Shown piece after piece: positions 29,350 to 38,400 of a stretch of 64,000 nucleotides of DNA. The DNA is from a virus, in the IMG/VR virus record IMGVR_UViG_3300009506_000025, positions 1 to 64,000 of that record; one strand, 5' to 3'. The notes below the pieces were generated by a model that saw nothing but the letters and a program-made list of their open reading frames with translations, had not been told where the DNA came from and ran no database searches. Position numbers and translations under genes: made by a program. Positions within the stretch are counted from its first letter, which is position 1. The number at the start of each line of letters is the position of its first letter.

Positions 29350-29678
29350 GTATACACTACTACGGAGTCACGGCCGCCCGCGCCAAGGGACACGAGGGCC
29401 ACTGGCAGGTCCAGATCCGCGCCGGGGCCAAGATCCTCACCTGGCCGCGACGATTCGCGGACCAGGTAGAAGCGGCCCGGCTCGCTGACGCCCTGGCCCT
29501 CTGCGTTCGGGGACCGGACGCGAGACTGAACTTCGATGGAGTCTGTCCCCCATGGGTCACACCCGAGATTCTCAGGGCCTTTTTTGAGGATCGAGGCGCC
29601 CTGGAATCGGCCCCCTGGATCAAAAACTACCCCCCGGACGGCGAAATTCCCCTTGCCGAGCCAGCCGGTGGCGATTAA
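29346..29678 (+). CDS. Stand-alone AP2/ERF DNA-binding domain protein
   Basis: YYGV......W.VQIR......F....EAAR..D..A...RG..A.LNF. Confidence 0.85.
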   Translation: MSIHYYGVTAARAKGHEGHWQVQIRAGAKILTWPRRFADQVEAARLADALALCVRGPDARLNFDGVCPPWVTPEILRAFFEDRGALESAPWIKNYPPDGEIPLAEPAGGD

Positions 29679-29681
29679 AGT
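29653..29681 (+). promoter_or_regulatory. Candidate sigma70-type promoter for the head operon
   Basis: TTGCCG-N17-TAAAGT. Confidence 0.45.
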
Positions 29682-29794
29682 GCATCTATCCTCCGCATAA
29701 CACTACCTCCCCCTGGCTTACACAGACAACGTGTATGCCGTAGTTAGGCGACCAGCTCTCCTCCGCCAGCGAGAGTCGCCGAGGTGATCTATTG

Positions 29795-30805
29795 ATGGCG
29801 GAGACTGCTAGCGCGGCGGCGGAGGAATCTACCCAGCCCGACGGATCTCTTGCGAGCATCGTGGCCAAGGAGGAGGCAGAAGCCGCCAAGGCCACCAAGG
29901 CGGCCGACGACAAGGCCGCCGCAGATCCGGACGATTCTGACGGGCCGGAGGATGGACTCTCCAAGGAGACCGACGAGGACTACGACGCCCTCTCGGTGAC
30001 CAAATACTACGACGAGACCCAGGGGAGTCGCAAGGCAGAGGTCTTCAAGGATGACGAGAACTTCTTCCGTTGGGTCCGCGAGATGGAAGCCAGCCAGGGA
30101 CGCCGGGACGAGGACGCGATCCTCGGGAAGCAGATCCGCGAGCGGCTATCGGGCAACCCCGAGCTGCTCGACGGAATTCTCGGGGGCAAGAACGGCCAGG
30201 CCGCCAAGGCGTCGGACGAGGAGCCGGAGTTCGACACAGCTTGGGTCACGACGGACGCCCAGGGACGGGTGATCCCCGCTCCGGGTGCCCCCCCGGACGC
30301 CATGAGGAAGCACGCCGCCTGGCAGCGGAAGATCCAGCGATTCGCGGCCAACCCCGAGAAGTTCGTCGAGGAGGCGGTCGCCAAGAGGCTAGAGCAGTTC
30401 GAGGCCCGCTTTCAGCAGACCGAGGAGAAGCTCCAGCGCCAACAGCAGGAGGCAGCCCTGGGGCAGTGGCTGGGGGCCAACAGCCAGGCCCTCTATCTTG
30501 AAGGCGACTACCGTAAGGGCATGACCCGTCCCGGCAAACAGACGACGGAGCTGGCCCAGGCCATCGCCGAGCGTGGCGGCGAGGTGGACATGGAGCTGCT
30601 GGACAAGATCCTCAAGCTGGCGGTGGCATCTGGCCCCAAGCCCGCGCCGAGGAAGGTTCCACCCAAGGCCGTCCGGACCCCGGGCGTCGCCAAGCAGCCA
30701 CCCCCGTCGCAGGACGAAGAGAGCCTATTCCGCGAGGCAGAGAAACAAGGTAAATCCTTTGCCGAGGTCTTCGCCGAGATCTCGGCCAGGGACGCAACGA
30801 CCTGA
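29795..30805 (+). CDS. Capsid scaffolding protein (putative)
   Basis: Acidic disordered N-terminus and coiled coil; lies directly before the capsid gene; GAGGTG SD. Confidence 0.7.
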   Translation: MAETASAAAEESTQPDGSLASIVAKEEAEAAKATKAADDKAAADPDDSDGPEDGLSKETDEDYDALSVTKYYDETQGSRKAEVFKDDENFFRWVREMEASQGRRDEDAILGKQIRERLSGNPELLDGILGGKNGQAAKASDEEPEFDTAWVTTDAQGRVIPAPGAPPDAMRKHAAWQRKIQRFAANPEKFVEEAVAKRLEQFEARFQQTEEKLQRQQQEAALGQWLGANSQALYLEGDYRKGMTRPGKQTTELAQAIAERGGEVDMELLDKILKLAVASGPKPAPRKVPPKAVRTPGVAKQPPPSQDEESLFREAEKQGKSFAEVFAEISARDATT

Positions 30806-30810
30806 GTAAA

Positions 30811-30994
30811 GCGATAACCGTGGCGGCGATTTCGGCGGAGGGGTCGCCGTCGCGTAACGCCCGGGGGGCCGGGCGGATAATCCTTCTCCGGAAGGACCCA
30901 TCCCGCCCCCTGTTTTTCCCCTCCGCCAGGTTTCCTCCGCTATAGCCCTCCCCGGACCCTCCATGGCAATCCGAATCGGTCCCTTGTGACCGAT
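30811..30994 (+). ncRNA. Structured leader/pseudoknot upstream of the major capsid gene
   Basis: 30819-29/30844-54 stem whose loop (30834-43) is complementary to 30918-27; nested hairpin 30871-30908; hairpin 30975-94 covering the ATG. Confidence 0.6.
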
Positions 30995-32108
30995 GGCTTA
31001 TAGCGTAGGGGACCACCAAATGGCCCACATCGAAGCCACGGCGAGGATCAAAACCACCACACTGGACGCCGCCCTGCGGGTCAAGGTGGAGCCGGTCTTT
31101 CGCAAGAGCTACTTTCTCGAAGCGCTCCGCAGCCGCGGACGAATCAGCTTCAACGAGTCCGGCGAGTACATGACCTGGCGGCCTCGGAAGCGGGCGCGGA
31201 GCATCACGGCGGGAAGCGGGACGAACATCGAAATCCCCTTCCCCCAGACCAACATCCGGGCCAAGGTCAGCCTGCCCTGGCGGCACTACTACCTTGGCGA
31301 GTCGATCGAGTATTACGAGCTGCTGGTGAACAAGGGCGAGAACGCCGTGTTCTCGATCATGGACGATGCCGTGGACGCCGCGGCCGATGACTTCGTCCGC
31401 AGCTTCCGGCCCAAGCTCTACTCGGATGGCGACGCCGGCGCGGGGAACGAGCTGCACGGCCTGGAGTCGTGTATGGCCGTCAACGGCCTGATCACCAACT
31501 CGAAGTGCTGCAACCCCAACGACACCTACGCCACGACCTCGACGGCCCTGGGCGTCGGCGGGGCATGGACCGCAGACACGGGCGATGGATGGCCCACCGG
31601 GACGGGGGACCCAGAGTACCATTGGTGGTCCCCCATAGTGATTGACTACAATCACCCAGATTGGGCGGGAGCCAACAACTGGACGACTTCCTGGCAGCAG
31701 GTGCTCCGGTACGGCCAGACCTACCTGAGCAACCTCCAGCAGGAGGACCCGGACGTCTGCCTGCTCCACCCCGAGCTGTTGCGCGAGGCCAAGGACTCCC
31801 TGGAATCGGCCCAGCGCTTCGAGCTGACCCAGCAGGAGGGCCGGACCAACGTCGGCCACAAGACGCTGCTGTTCGAGGACATCGAGATCGCCACGGAGTA
31901 CGGGATGCCCGACGGCGTGGGCTACTTCCTCTCCTTCGAGAACCTCCAGCTGCGGTGCCTGACGAGCCAGCTCGTCGAGACCCAGCAGGACACCGACATC
32001 GTCTCTGGGGGGACGAAACTCGTTTCGTTCCAGTTCTTCGGGAACCTGATGATCTACGCCCCCAGCTTCCTAGCCAAGCTCCTCGGGTACTCGGCCGCCG
32101 GAACCTAA
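30993..32108 (+). CDS. Major capsid protein
   Basis: 371 aa after the scaffold; I...E...N.G...V..., LYSDG..., L.GL..., F.DI.I..E...P.G..YFL....L.L, GNL pattern of HK97-fold capsids. Confidence 0.85.
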   Translation: MAYSVGDHQMAHIEATARIKTTTLDAALRVKVEPVFRKSYFLEALRSRGRISFNESGEYMTWRPRKRARSITAGSGTNIEIPFPQTNIRAKVSLPWRHYYLGESIEYYELLVNKGENAVFSIMDDAVDAAADDFVRSFRPKLYSDGDAGAGNELHGLESCMAVNGLITNSKCCNPNDTYATTSTALGVGGAWTADTGDGWPTGTGDPEYHWWSPIVIDYNHPDWAGANNWTTSWQQVLRYGQTYLSNLQQEDPDVCLLHPELLREAKDSLESAQRFELTQQEGRTNVGHKTLLFEDIEIATEYGMPDGVGYFLSFENLQLRCLTSQLVETQQDTDIVSGGTKLVSFQFFGNLMIYAPSFLAKLLGYSAAGT

Positions 32109-32173
32109 CCGGCAGCTCCAGTGTGAGAGGGTTACTTTCGTTTCAATAGGGGCATTTTCAAGGAGAAAACCCG

Positions 32174-32743
32174 ATGGGAATGACAAACCATTGCCTCCCG
32201 TTTCCCCGGGGTTCGACGTACTCGGACGGCGGGACACTGACGATGACGGACACCTTCAAGAACGACCTGCTGGGGCGGGTCTTCCTGACGCCCGATACCG
32301 TCCACGGCACGGGAAAGACCGTCGCCCTGCGTGTCGTGAAGAACGATACGGGCGCGGCGATTACGGTGGCCCGCAATCTCTGCGAGTTCGATGGCGCCGA
32401 CGCCTACGACTTCGGTCGAAAGGTGACCAGCTTCGGGAACAACCTTTCCGCCCAGGGCGCCGTCTGCAAACCGCTGGACGACGCCTACACCGTGGGGGCG
32501 AGCATCCCGGCCAACGACCTCTTCTACGTGATTGAGGAGGGCTACGCTACGGTCCTGACCGAGAGCGGGGCCGTCTCGCTCCCGAGGGGCACGGCTGTCT
32601 GCGCCAACGCGACCGGGACCCTGGACGGCGCCCGCGCCGCCGCGGGGACCTATGTGATCGGGACGATGGTGAATCCCTGCTACGCAGCGAGCACCAACGC
32701 GATCATCGACGTCAACGCCGGGCTCTTGAACGCCTCGGCCTAA
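32174..32743 (+). CDS. Capsid decoration/cement protein (putative)
   Basis: AAGGAG SD; follows the capsid gene; Ala/Gly/Thr-rich with FYVI.EG.A.V. Confidence 0.65.
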   Translation: MGMTNHCLPFPRGSTYSDGGTLTMTDTFKNDLLGRVFLTPDTVHGTGKTVALRVVKNDTGAAITVARNLCEFDGADAYDFGRKVTSFGNNLSAQGAVCKPLDDAYTVGASIPANDLFYVIEEGYATVLTESGAVSLPRGTAVCANATGTLDGARAAAGTYVIGTMVNPCYAASTNAIIDVNAGLLNASA

Positions 32744-32807
32744 CGACCCGATCCTTCAGCACGGCCCCCGGGCGGTCCCAACTGCCTCCCGGGCCCCCGG
32801 AGGGCCG

Positions 32808-33236
32808 GTGCTGATCGATCAGAGCAAAGCGATGTTTGTACGCGACCTTCATAACCAGCCTGTTCCGGAGAATCTCCAAGACATCTTCGCTGGTCTGGAG
32901 TGCATCAAGCGGTGGTCGAAGAGGATGCAGGAAATGATCGCCCAGCTGGGCAGCCTGGCTATGGAGCCCTACGGGAGGGCGATCGATTACGAGTGGGCGA
33001 GGGTGGTCTTGCTGGAGGTGGTGGCGCACGTCGCCGATGCTGCCCCGGCCAGGCCCTGTCGCTGCGAAGCCTTTGATCTGTCATGCGAGCTATGCCATGG
33101 GAGCCGCTGGTACAACCGAGCAGACTACTACCGCACACTCCGCCCTCGTCACGGTGACGGGGATCTATCGCAGGCCCTGGACGACGCGCCTACGGAGCCC
33201 ATCGCTTCGTGCGGTGGTTCAGTTCGAGGGCGGTGA
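32808..33236 (+). CDS. Hypothetical protein with Cys cluster
   Basis: CRC.....C..C.G..W; GGAGG upstream. Confidence 0.55.
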   Translation: MLIDQSKAMFVRDLHNQPVPENLQDIFAGLECIKRWSKRMQEMIAQLGSLAMEPYGRAIDYEWARVVLLEVVAHVADAAPARPCRCEAFDLSCELCHGSRWYNRADYYRTLRPRHGDGDLSQALDDAPTEPIASCGGSVRGR

Positions 33237-33432
33237 GATCGAGGTGGTCAGCAACGAGCAGGAGATCATGGACCGGCTCAGTGAGATCGGCGAGGAAAGC
33301 CTCGTGCGGATCAGTGGTGAACTGATCGAGCATCGCTGGAGCAGAGGAGATGGAGTAGAGCTGCGCCGTCACCAGATCAAACCGAACGAGATTGTGGTCA
33401 TCCGCAACGCCAGACACCCTTCACAGACGTAG
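33097..33432 (+). CDS. OB-fold/SSB-like protein
   Basis: IEVV.........G..V.I.G.L....W...DG...R...I; start uncertain, overlaps the previous ORF. Confidence 0.55.
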   Translation: MGAAGTTEQTTTAHSALVTVTGIYRRPWTTRLRSPSLRAVVQFEGGEIEVVSNEQEIMDRLSEIGEESLVRISGELIEHRWSRGDGVELRRHQIKPNEIVVIRNARHPSQT

Positions 33433-33440
33433 GCGCGCCG

Positions 33441-33761
33441 ATGGAGAAGCTCAGCTCACCCTTGAACATTATCGATCGCCTCCGGCAAGAGGGCGTGGAT
33501 TACCGCACGGATATTCCCGCGGTGAGGGCCTGTGCGGTGGCCGCCTTCGGCGGCGCCAAAGGTCTCGCGGAGATGCTAGCGCAGGAGTACGAAGCCGCCC
33601 GCCCGGGGAGCGCGGTCCGAGCCAAGATCCTCACGACGATCCTCGATATGATCAAGGATGACCCAGGCGAGGAAGAGGAGTTCGATGACGAGGACTACGA
33701 AGCGGTCGATCGGCTGATCTCGGGGGGGTCGCCAGGAGGTGCCAATGGCGATTCCACTTGA
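33441..33761 (+). CDS. Terminase small subunit candidate
   Basis: 106-aa helical protein overlapping the TerL start; position only. Confidence 0.45.
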   Translation: MEKLSSPLNIIDRLRQEGVDYRTDIPAVRACAVAAFGGAKGLAEMLAQEYEAARPGSAVRAKILTTILDMIKDDPGEEEEFDDEDYEAVDRLISGGSPGGANGDST

Positions 33762-35484
33762 TATGTCGGCCCTGGTCGCCCGGACCTCCTCGGCGCCTCG
33801 CCTGGACGCCGGGGCGATGACCTCGCAGATAGCCTACCTGGCTAGTCGAGCCAGCCGCCGCCGCAAGATCAAGAAGATCCTCGCCCGGCACATGGAGGGG
33901 CTGAGGCTGGTCCGCCCGCTTCCACACCTGGAATGCTTTCACCGATCAGGAAAAGCCTGGAGGATAATCGACGGCAGCAACCGCTCCTCGAAAACCATGA
34001 GCGCCTGCATTGAGCTGTGCCGGGCGATCCTCTCCGCTGACCCCTACAAGAAGTACATTCCCTACCAAGGGAACGTGATTGTCGTAGGGATGAAACTCGA
34101 CCATGTCGAGATGATCTGGAGGAAGTGCGCCATGCCGGGCGCCTTCAAGATCATCCGAGACGAGATCAACGGGCTCTATCGGGCAGTTCGCCCTGACCCC
34201 AACGATCCCCTCCATCTCGATCCTTACGACGAGGCGTACCGGGAGAAGTGGCGGGACGGTCCACCGTTGATCCCCGCCAGGATGATCAGGGGTAACATCG
34301 CCTGGGAGGATCGGGCCAGGGCAATCCCCTCCTTCGCCAAGTTCGCGACCGGATGGCAGATCCACTTCCACTCCTCGAAGTCCGTCCCCCCCCAAGGCGA
34401 CCACTACCACTTTGCCCTGCTCGATGAGGAACTCCTCAACCCGATGTTCCTCACGGAGATCCGCCGCGGACTGGTGGCCCTGGACGAGCCGGTCGATCAG
34501 CGCCCCCGAGGGATCTGGTCCGCTACCGCCCAGACCACCAACCCCGAGCTGCTGCGGATGCGGGAGCAGGCCGATGCCGGATCGGCGCGGGTGGACGCCT
34601 TCCAGGCCCTGATCAAGGACAACCCCTACGTCCCCGACGAGGAGAAGCAGGCTTTCCACGATTCCCTGAGCCCCGAGGACCGGAGGGTCCGCTACTACGG
34701 CGAGTACACTCTGGCCGGGATGCGGTGCTACCCCAACTTCGATGCCCAGACGATCCACGGCTACGAGCCGATGGAGATCCCGGATACCTGGTGCCGCTAT
34801 CTGATCCTCGACCCCGGGACCCGGCACTGCGGGACGCTGTTTGCGGCGGTCGATCCCCAGGAGGCCCACGTTTGGGTCTACGACGGTTTCGATCTCCAAA
34901 ACGGCGACCCGGCGACCTGGGCCCAGCGGATTGCCGCGCGCCACGAGCAGTTCCAGGCGGGGATCATCGACACCAAGGCGGGCAAGCAGCGCTCGATGGG
35001 GATGTCAAGCCAGACCGTCAACGTAGCCACCGCGTACTTCAGCGCCCTGAAGGACGAGGGTGTGCGGTTCATCCAGGAGGGACCTCTCTACGGGTTTTTT
35101 GCGGGCAGCGAAGATCAGCCGGGCAGGCAGACCGCGCTCCAGACCTGGCTGACGATCAGGGAGCATGGTCCGTTCTCCGGGACCTGCAAACTCCAGGTAG
35201 CCCGGGGAGCGATTCCCGAGCTTGAGGATCAGGTCCGCTTCGCCCACATGGACCTCCAGAACCCGGATCGGCGGGCCAAGCCTAAGTGGAATCGCTTCCA
35301 GGAGGACTTGCTGGTCTGCCTGGAGTACCTGGCCGCCTTCGAGCCCCGCTACTTCGCGCCGAAGATCGTCGAGGACCCGCGAGGGGCGGAAGTCTACTGG
35401 CAATACAAGAACTCAAGACGGGTCCACGCCCGCCGTCGTGCCGCCACTTCCAGCCAGGCGAGTTCGATGATCGAAATGGGCTGA
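33739..35484 (+). CDS. terL: Terminase large subunit
   Basis: Walker A-like GSNRSSKT, Walker B FALLDEE, motif III WSAT, DNPY, RNase H-like LILDPG, late D(L)..CL.YL. Confidence 0.9.
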   Translation: MPMAIPLDMSALVARTSSAPRLDAGAMTSQIAYLASRASRRRKIKKILARHMEGLRLVRPLPHLECFHRSGKAWRIIDGSNRSSKTMSACIELCRAILSADPYKKYIPYQGNVIVVGMKLDHVEMIWRKCAMPGAFKIIRDEINGLYRAVRPDPNDPLHLDPYDEAYREKWRDGPPLIPARMIRGNIAWEDRARAIPSFAKFATGWQIHFHSSKSVPPQGDHYHFALLDEELLNPMFLTEIRRGLVALDEPVDQRPRGIWSATAQTTNPELLRMREQADAGSARVDAFQALIKDNPYVPDEEKQAFHDSLSPEDRRVRYYGEYTLAGMRCYPNFDAQTIHGYEPMEIPDTWCRYLILDPGTRHCGTLFAAVDPQEAHVWVYDGFDLQNGDPATWAQRIAARHEQFQAGIIDTKAGKQRSMGMSSQTVNVATAYFSALKDEGVRFIQEGPLYGFFAGSEDQPGRQTALQTWLTIREHGPFSGTCKLQVARGAIPELEDQVRFAHMDLQNPDRRAKPKWNRFQEDLLVCLEYLAAFEPRYFAPKIVEDPRGAEVYWQYKNSRRVHARRRAATSSQASSMIEMG

Positions 35485-35503
35485 AGCTGAAGGAGAATCT
35501 GCA

Positions 35504-35953
35504 ATGAGGGAGGAATTCGTTTATCCCGACATCAGAATGGGAATGTTCGTCGAGGTGAGCAACGATCCCAGCCGGAGCGACCGGATGCTGGGGATCGTGA
35601 TCGACCCGAAGAACGAGTGCGCCGACATCTGCACGATCACCCGAACCGGGCTCGGGATGCGCCGAAACTGTTGGTACGAGGGCGACCCCCGATGTGACCA
35701 CGAGCTTGAGCACTTCCACAGGAACCAGTCCGGGGTGTTCAACATCGCGCCCAGGGAGCTGGAGATCATCCACCTCCGCGAGGACCTCGACAAACTGACG
35801 CAGGAACTAGAGGAGGCGAAAGCGAGGGAGGCCGTCAAGCCACTCCGGAAGCAAGATCCTCCGCAGATTGCCGAGGCCGCTGACCTCCCCGCGCCAAAGC
35901 GCAAGGGACGCCCCCCCAAGAGCACCCGACCAGAACCGGTGATCGCCCAATAG
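35504..35953 (+). CDS. Hypothetical protein with C-terminal AT-hook-like KRKGRPPK
   Basis: AAGGAG SD; lies between TerL and portal. Confidence 0.75.
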   Translation: MREEFVYPDIRMGMFVEVSNDPSRSDRMLGIVIDPKNECADICTITRTGLGMRRNCWYEGDPRCDHELEHFHRNQSGVFNIAPRELEIIHLREDLDKLTQELEEAKAREAVKPLRKQDPPQIAEAADLPAPKRKGRPPKSTRPEPVIAQ

Positions 35954-35972
35954 TCACCCCCGGACTTGACCT

Positions 35973-37856
35973 ATGGACATCCAGGGATTTCTCCAGTCGA
36001 TTACTTCGCTTTGGCTGAAGCAGATCGAGATCTGCGAAGAGTCCAAGGAGGCCAAGTTTGGCAAGACCGCGCGCCGCCTCTGGGACTTCCTGGGAAAGTC
36101 CTACCGCCAACTCTACCTGGAAGGGGAAGGTGACCTAGCCTTTGCCAACGCGCGCAAACCGCTCTACAAGAGCAGGATCAGCAAGTCCGCCGAGGCCGTG
36201 GCGATCCTGGTCCCCTGGGTCCTGAGCCAGTTGCCCCACCGCCGCGTCACCCCGCGGCGCCCGGCCCTCTCCCTAGAACTCCAACAGATGGTCCCGCAGG
36301 CAGCTACGCTGCGGCAGGCGATCGATCAGCAAGACCTCCTGGGGGCGTATCTCCTGGAGTGGTTCTTGAACTACACGGTCAACGAGTTCGGGCTCAAGCG
36401 GGAGGCCCGCACTGCACTACCCGAGGCGTTCGTTAAGGGGCGAGGGATTCTCTGGCACGAGATGGTAGACTCGGCGGCGGGGCTGATTCCCTCCAGCCAA
36501 TTCGAGTCGGTAGATAATCTCCTGATCGACAGCGATGCCATCAGGCCCAAGGATGCGGGATTCATCATGCGGGGCCGGGACATCAGCGTCTGGAAGCTGT
36601 CCGAGATCTCCGGGCTGCCGCGGGAGTATCTCCGCGGCGTAGCCAAGTCCGGTTTCAGAAAGGCCAGCGGGGGCGGGACCGGAAAAGAGGACCGCGACGT
36701 CTGCCGATGCTACGAGGTCTATTCCAGGGTGGGAATCGGGCACTGGCTCGATCGCAGCGACGATGCACTGAAACGATTGGGCGACATTCTCGACGACATA
36801 GGACGCCATATCCACCTGATGGTAATGGACGGCGTACCGTTCCCGCTGAATCTCAATCCCGCGAATCTGACCTTGCTCGATGAGCCGATCAGTGAGATCG
36901 GGGACCGGCTCCGCTGGCCGATCCCCTTCTGGGCCGATATGTCGGAGAATCCCTGGCCCTACAGCGCCCTGGACTTCTACCCGCACCAGGCAGACCCCTG
37001 GGCGACGTCCCCGCTGGAGCCCGGGCTGCCGATGCAGGTCTACCTGGACCACTTGTATTCGTTCGCGATGAGCCGGATCGCGATCACCAGCCGCAACATC
37101 GGGTTCGTGGCTAAGGCCCTGGAACAGGCGGCAAGGGATGCAATCGAGGCCGGTAACGATCTGACGCTCGTGCCCGTGGATGGGGAGCCGGGACTGGAAC
37201 TCGATAGGTTCTTCAAGATGCTGGAGTTCCCTAAAACCAACGAGGACCTCTGGACGATCGCCGCGATGGTCGAGCGGGCCTACGAACGGGCCACGGGGCT
37301 CGACCCCAGGCTCTATGGGTCGCAGGGCGAGACGCAGTTGCGATCCGCCAAGGAGGCGGCGCTGCTGGAGTCGCACGTCAGCTCACGCCCCGATGACTAC
37401 GCCGACGCCACGGAGGATTGGCTTTCCGCCGCCGCCGGAAAAGAGCAGCAGATGGCCCGCCAGATGGTGGATCATACCGTCGTGGCCCCGATCTTCGGCG
37501 AGCAGTTGCCAGCAGAGAACGACCCCAATCCGATCTTCGGCCCACTTACGGAGAAGTGGCTGGAGCTGGTCTATACCGAGGACCCCTTCACGGCCGCGGC
37601 CCAATACGCCTGCCGAGTTGAGGCAGGGCAGGCCCGACGGCAGAACAAGGCCAAGGACCTCGCCGACGTTGAGCAGACGATCCAGACCCTGGGCCAGCCC
37701 CTGGTGGCACTGGCCTTGCAGGGCCTGCCGGGGCCGTTCAACGCCCTGATGGAGATGATGGGGGAGGCCCACGGAATCGACGTGACGAAGTTTATGATCC
37801 CCGAGGGCTTCCGTCCGGCGGGGCAGGAAGAGGAAGGCGCTGAAGGAGAAGTCTGA
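35973..37856 (+). CDS. Portal protein (putative)
   Basis: 627 aa downstream of TerL; A.V.GRG, NLL.D, ATGL....G, SA.EA motifs as in podovirus-type portals. Confidence 0.8.
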   Translation: MDIQGFLQSITSLWLKQIEICEESKEAKFGKTARRLWDFLGKSYRQLYLEGEGDLAFANARKPLYKSRISKSAEAVAILVPWVLSQLPHRRVTPRRPALSLELQQMVPQAATLRQAIDQQDLLGAYLLEWFLNYTVNEFGLKREARTALPEAFVKGRGILWHEMVDSAAGLIPSSQFESVDNLLIDSDAIRPKDAGFIMRGRDISVWKLSEISGLPREYLRGVAKSGFRKASGGGTGKEDRDVCRCYEVYSRVGIGHWLDRSDDALKRLGDILDDIGRHIHLMVMDGVPFPLNLNPANLTLLDEPISEIGDRLRWPIPFWADMSENPWPYSALDFYPHQADPWATSPLEPGLPMQVYLDHLYSFAMSRIAITSRNIGFVAKALEQAARDAIEAGNDLTLVPVDGEPGLELDRFFKMLEFPKTNEDLWTIAAMVERAYERATGLDPRLYGSQGETQLRSAKEAALLESHVSSRPDDYADATEDWLSAAAGKEQQMARQMVDHTVVAPIFGEQLPAENDPNPIFGPLTEKWLELVYTEDPFTAAAQYACRVEAGQARRQNKAKDLADVEQTIQTLGQPLVALALQGLPGPFNALMEMMGEAHGIDVTKFMIPEGFRPAGQEEEGAEGEV

Positions 37857-38392
37857 TGCCGACCTACCGATACCGATGCACCGGATGTGGGCACCTCGTC
37901 GAGGCGTTCCAGTCCGTCGAGGAGATGCGGCGGCGCCGGGACTCGATGCGATGCGTCCGTTGCGAGTCAAAGATGCAGTGGCTATTCCCCTGCCCCAACC
38001 TGAGCACCGAGACTAGCTTCATGGCCAACCGCAGCGACTTGGGCTTTGGGTTGGACGAGAAGACCCGCAGGCAGCGGGTGGCCAAGGCCAAGCGGGAGGG
38101 GATCGATATCGGCGGGAAGTTCTGGGCCCCGGAGCTGAATGCCTGGGTGGGATCGAAGGCGGAGGTCAAGGCCCTGGCCGCCGCCAAGGGACGCGGGGTG
38201 AACGGCCTGGTCCACGCCCCCGCCCCCGACCTCCCCCCGCCGGAGAAGAGACGCTACGAGGTCGCCGAAGACATCGTCCAGGATCGGGTCGCGGAGGTAG
38301 TGGAGGCCCACGGCGGAGACGTGACACCCAAGGAGGTCGCCCAGATCACCGAGGGGGTCCGGGAGAAGGCCCGAGGAAAGCAGTTTGACTAG
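37856..38392 (+). CDS. FmdB-type zinc-ribbon protein
   Basis: MPTY.Y.C..CGH..E..Q.......C..C. Confidence 0.85.
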   Translation: MPTYRYRCTGCGHLVEAFQSVEEMRRRRDSMRCVRCESKMQWLFPCPNLSTETSFMANRSDLGFGLDEKTRRQRVAKAKREGIDIGGKFWAPELNAWVGSKAEVKALAAAKGRGVNGLVHAPAPDLPPPEKRRYEVAEDIVQDRVAEVVEAHGGDVTPKEVAQITEGVREKARGKQFD

Positions 38393-38400
38393 GAGCGGTC

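Noticed and set aside
32762-32806. GC hairpin after the decoration gene as a terminator
   Set aside because: No U-tract, and several competing pairings.
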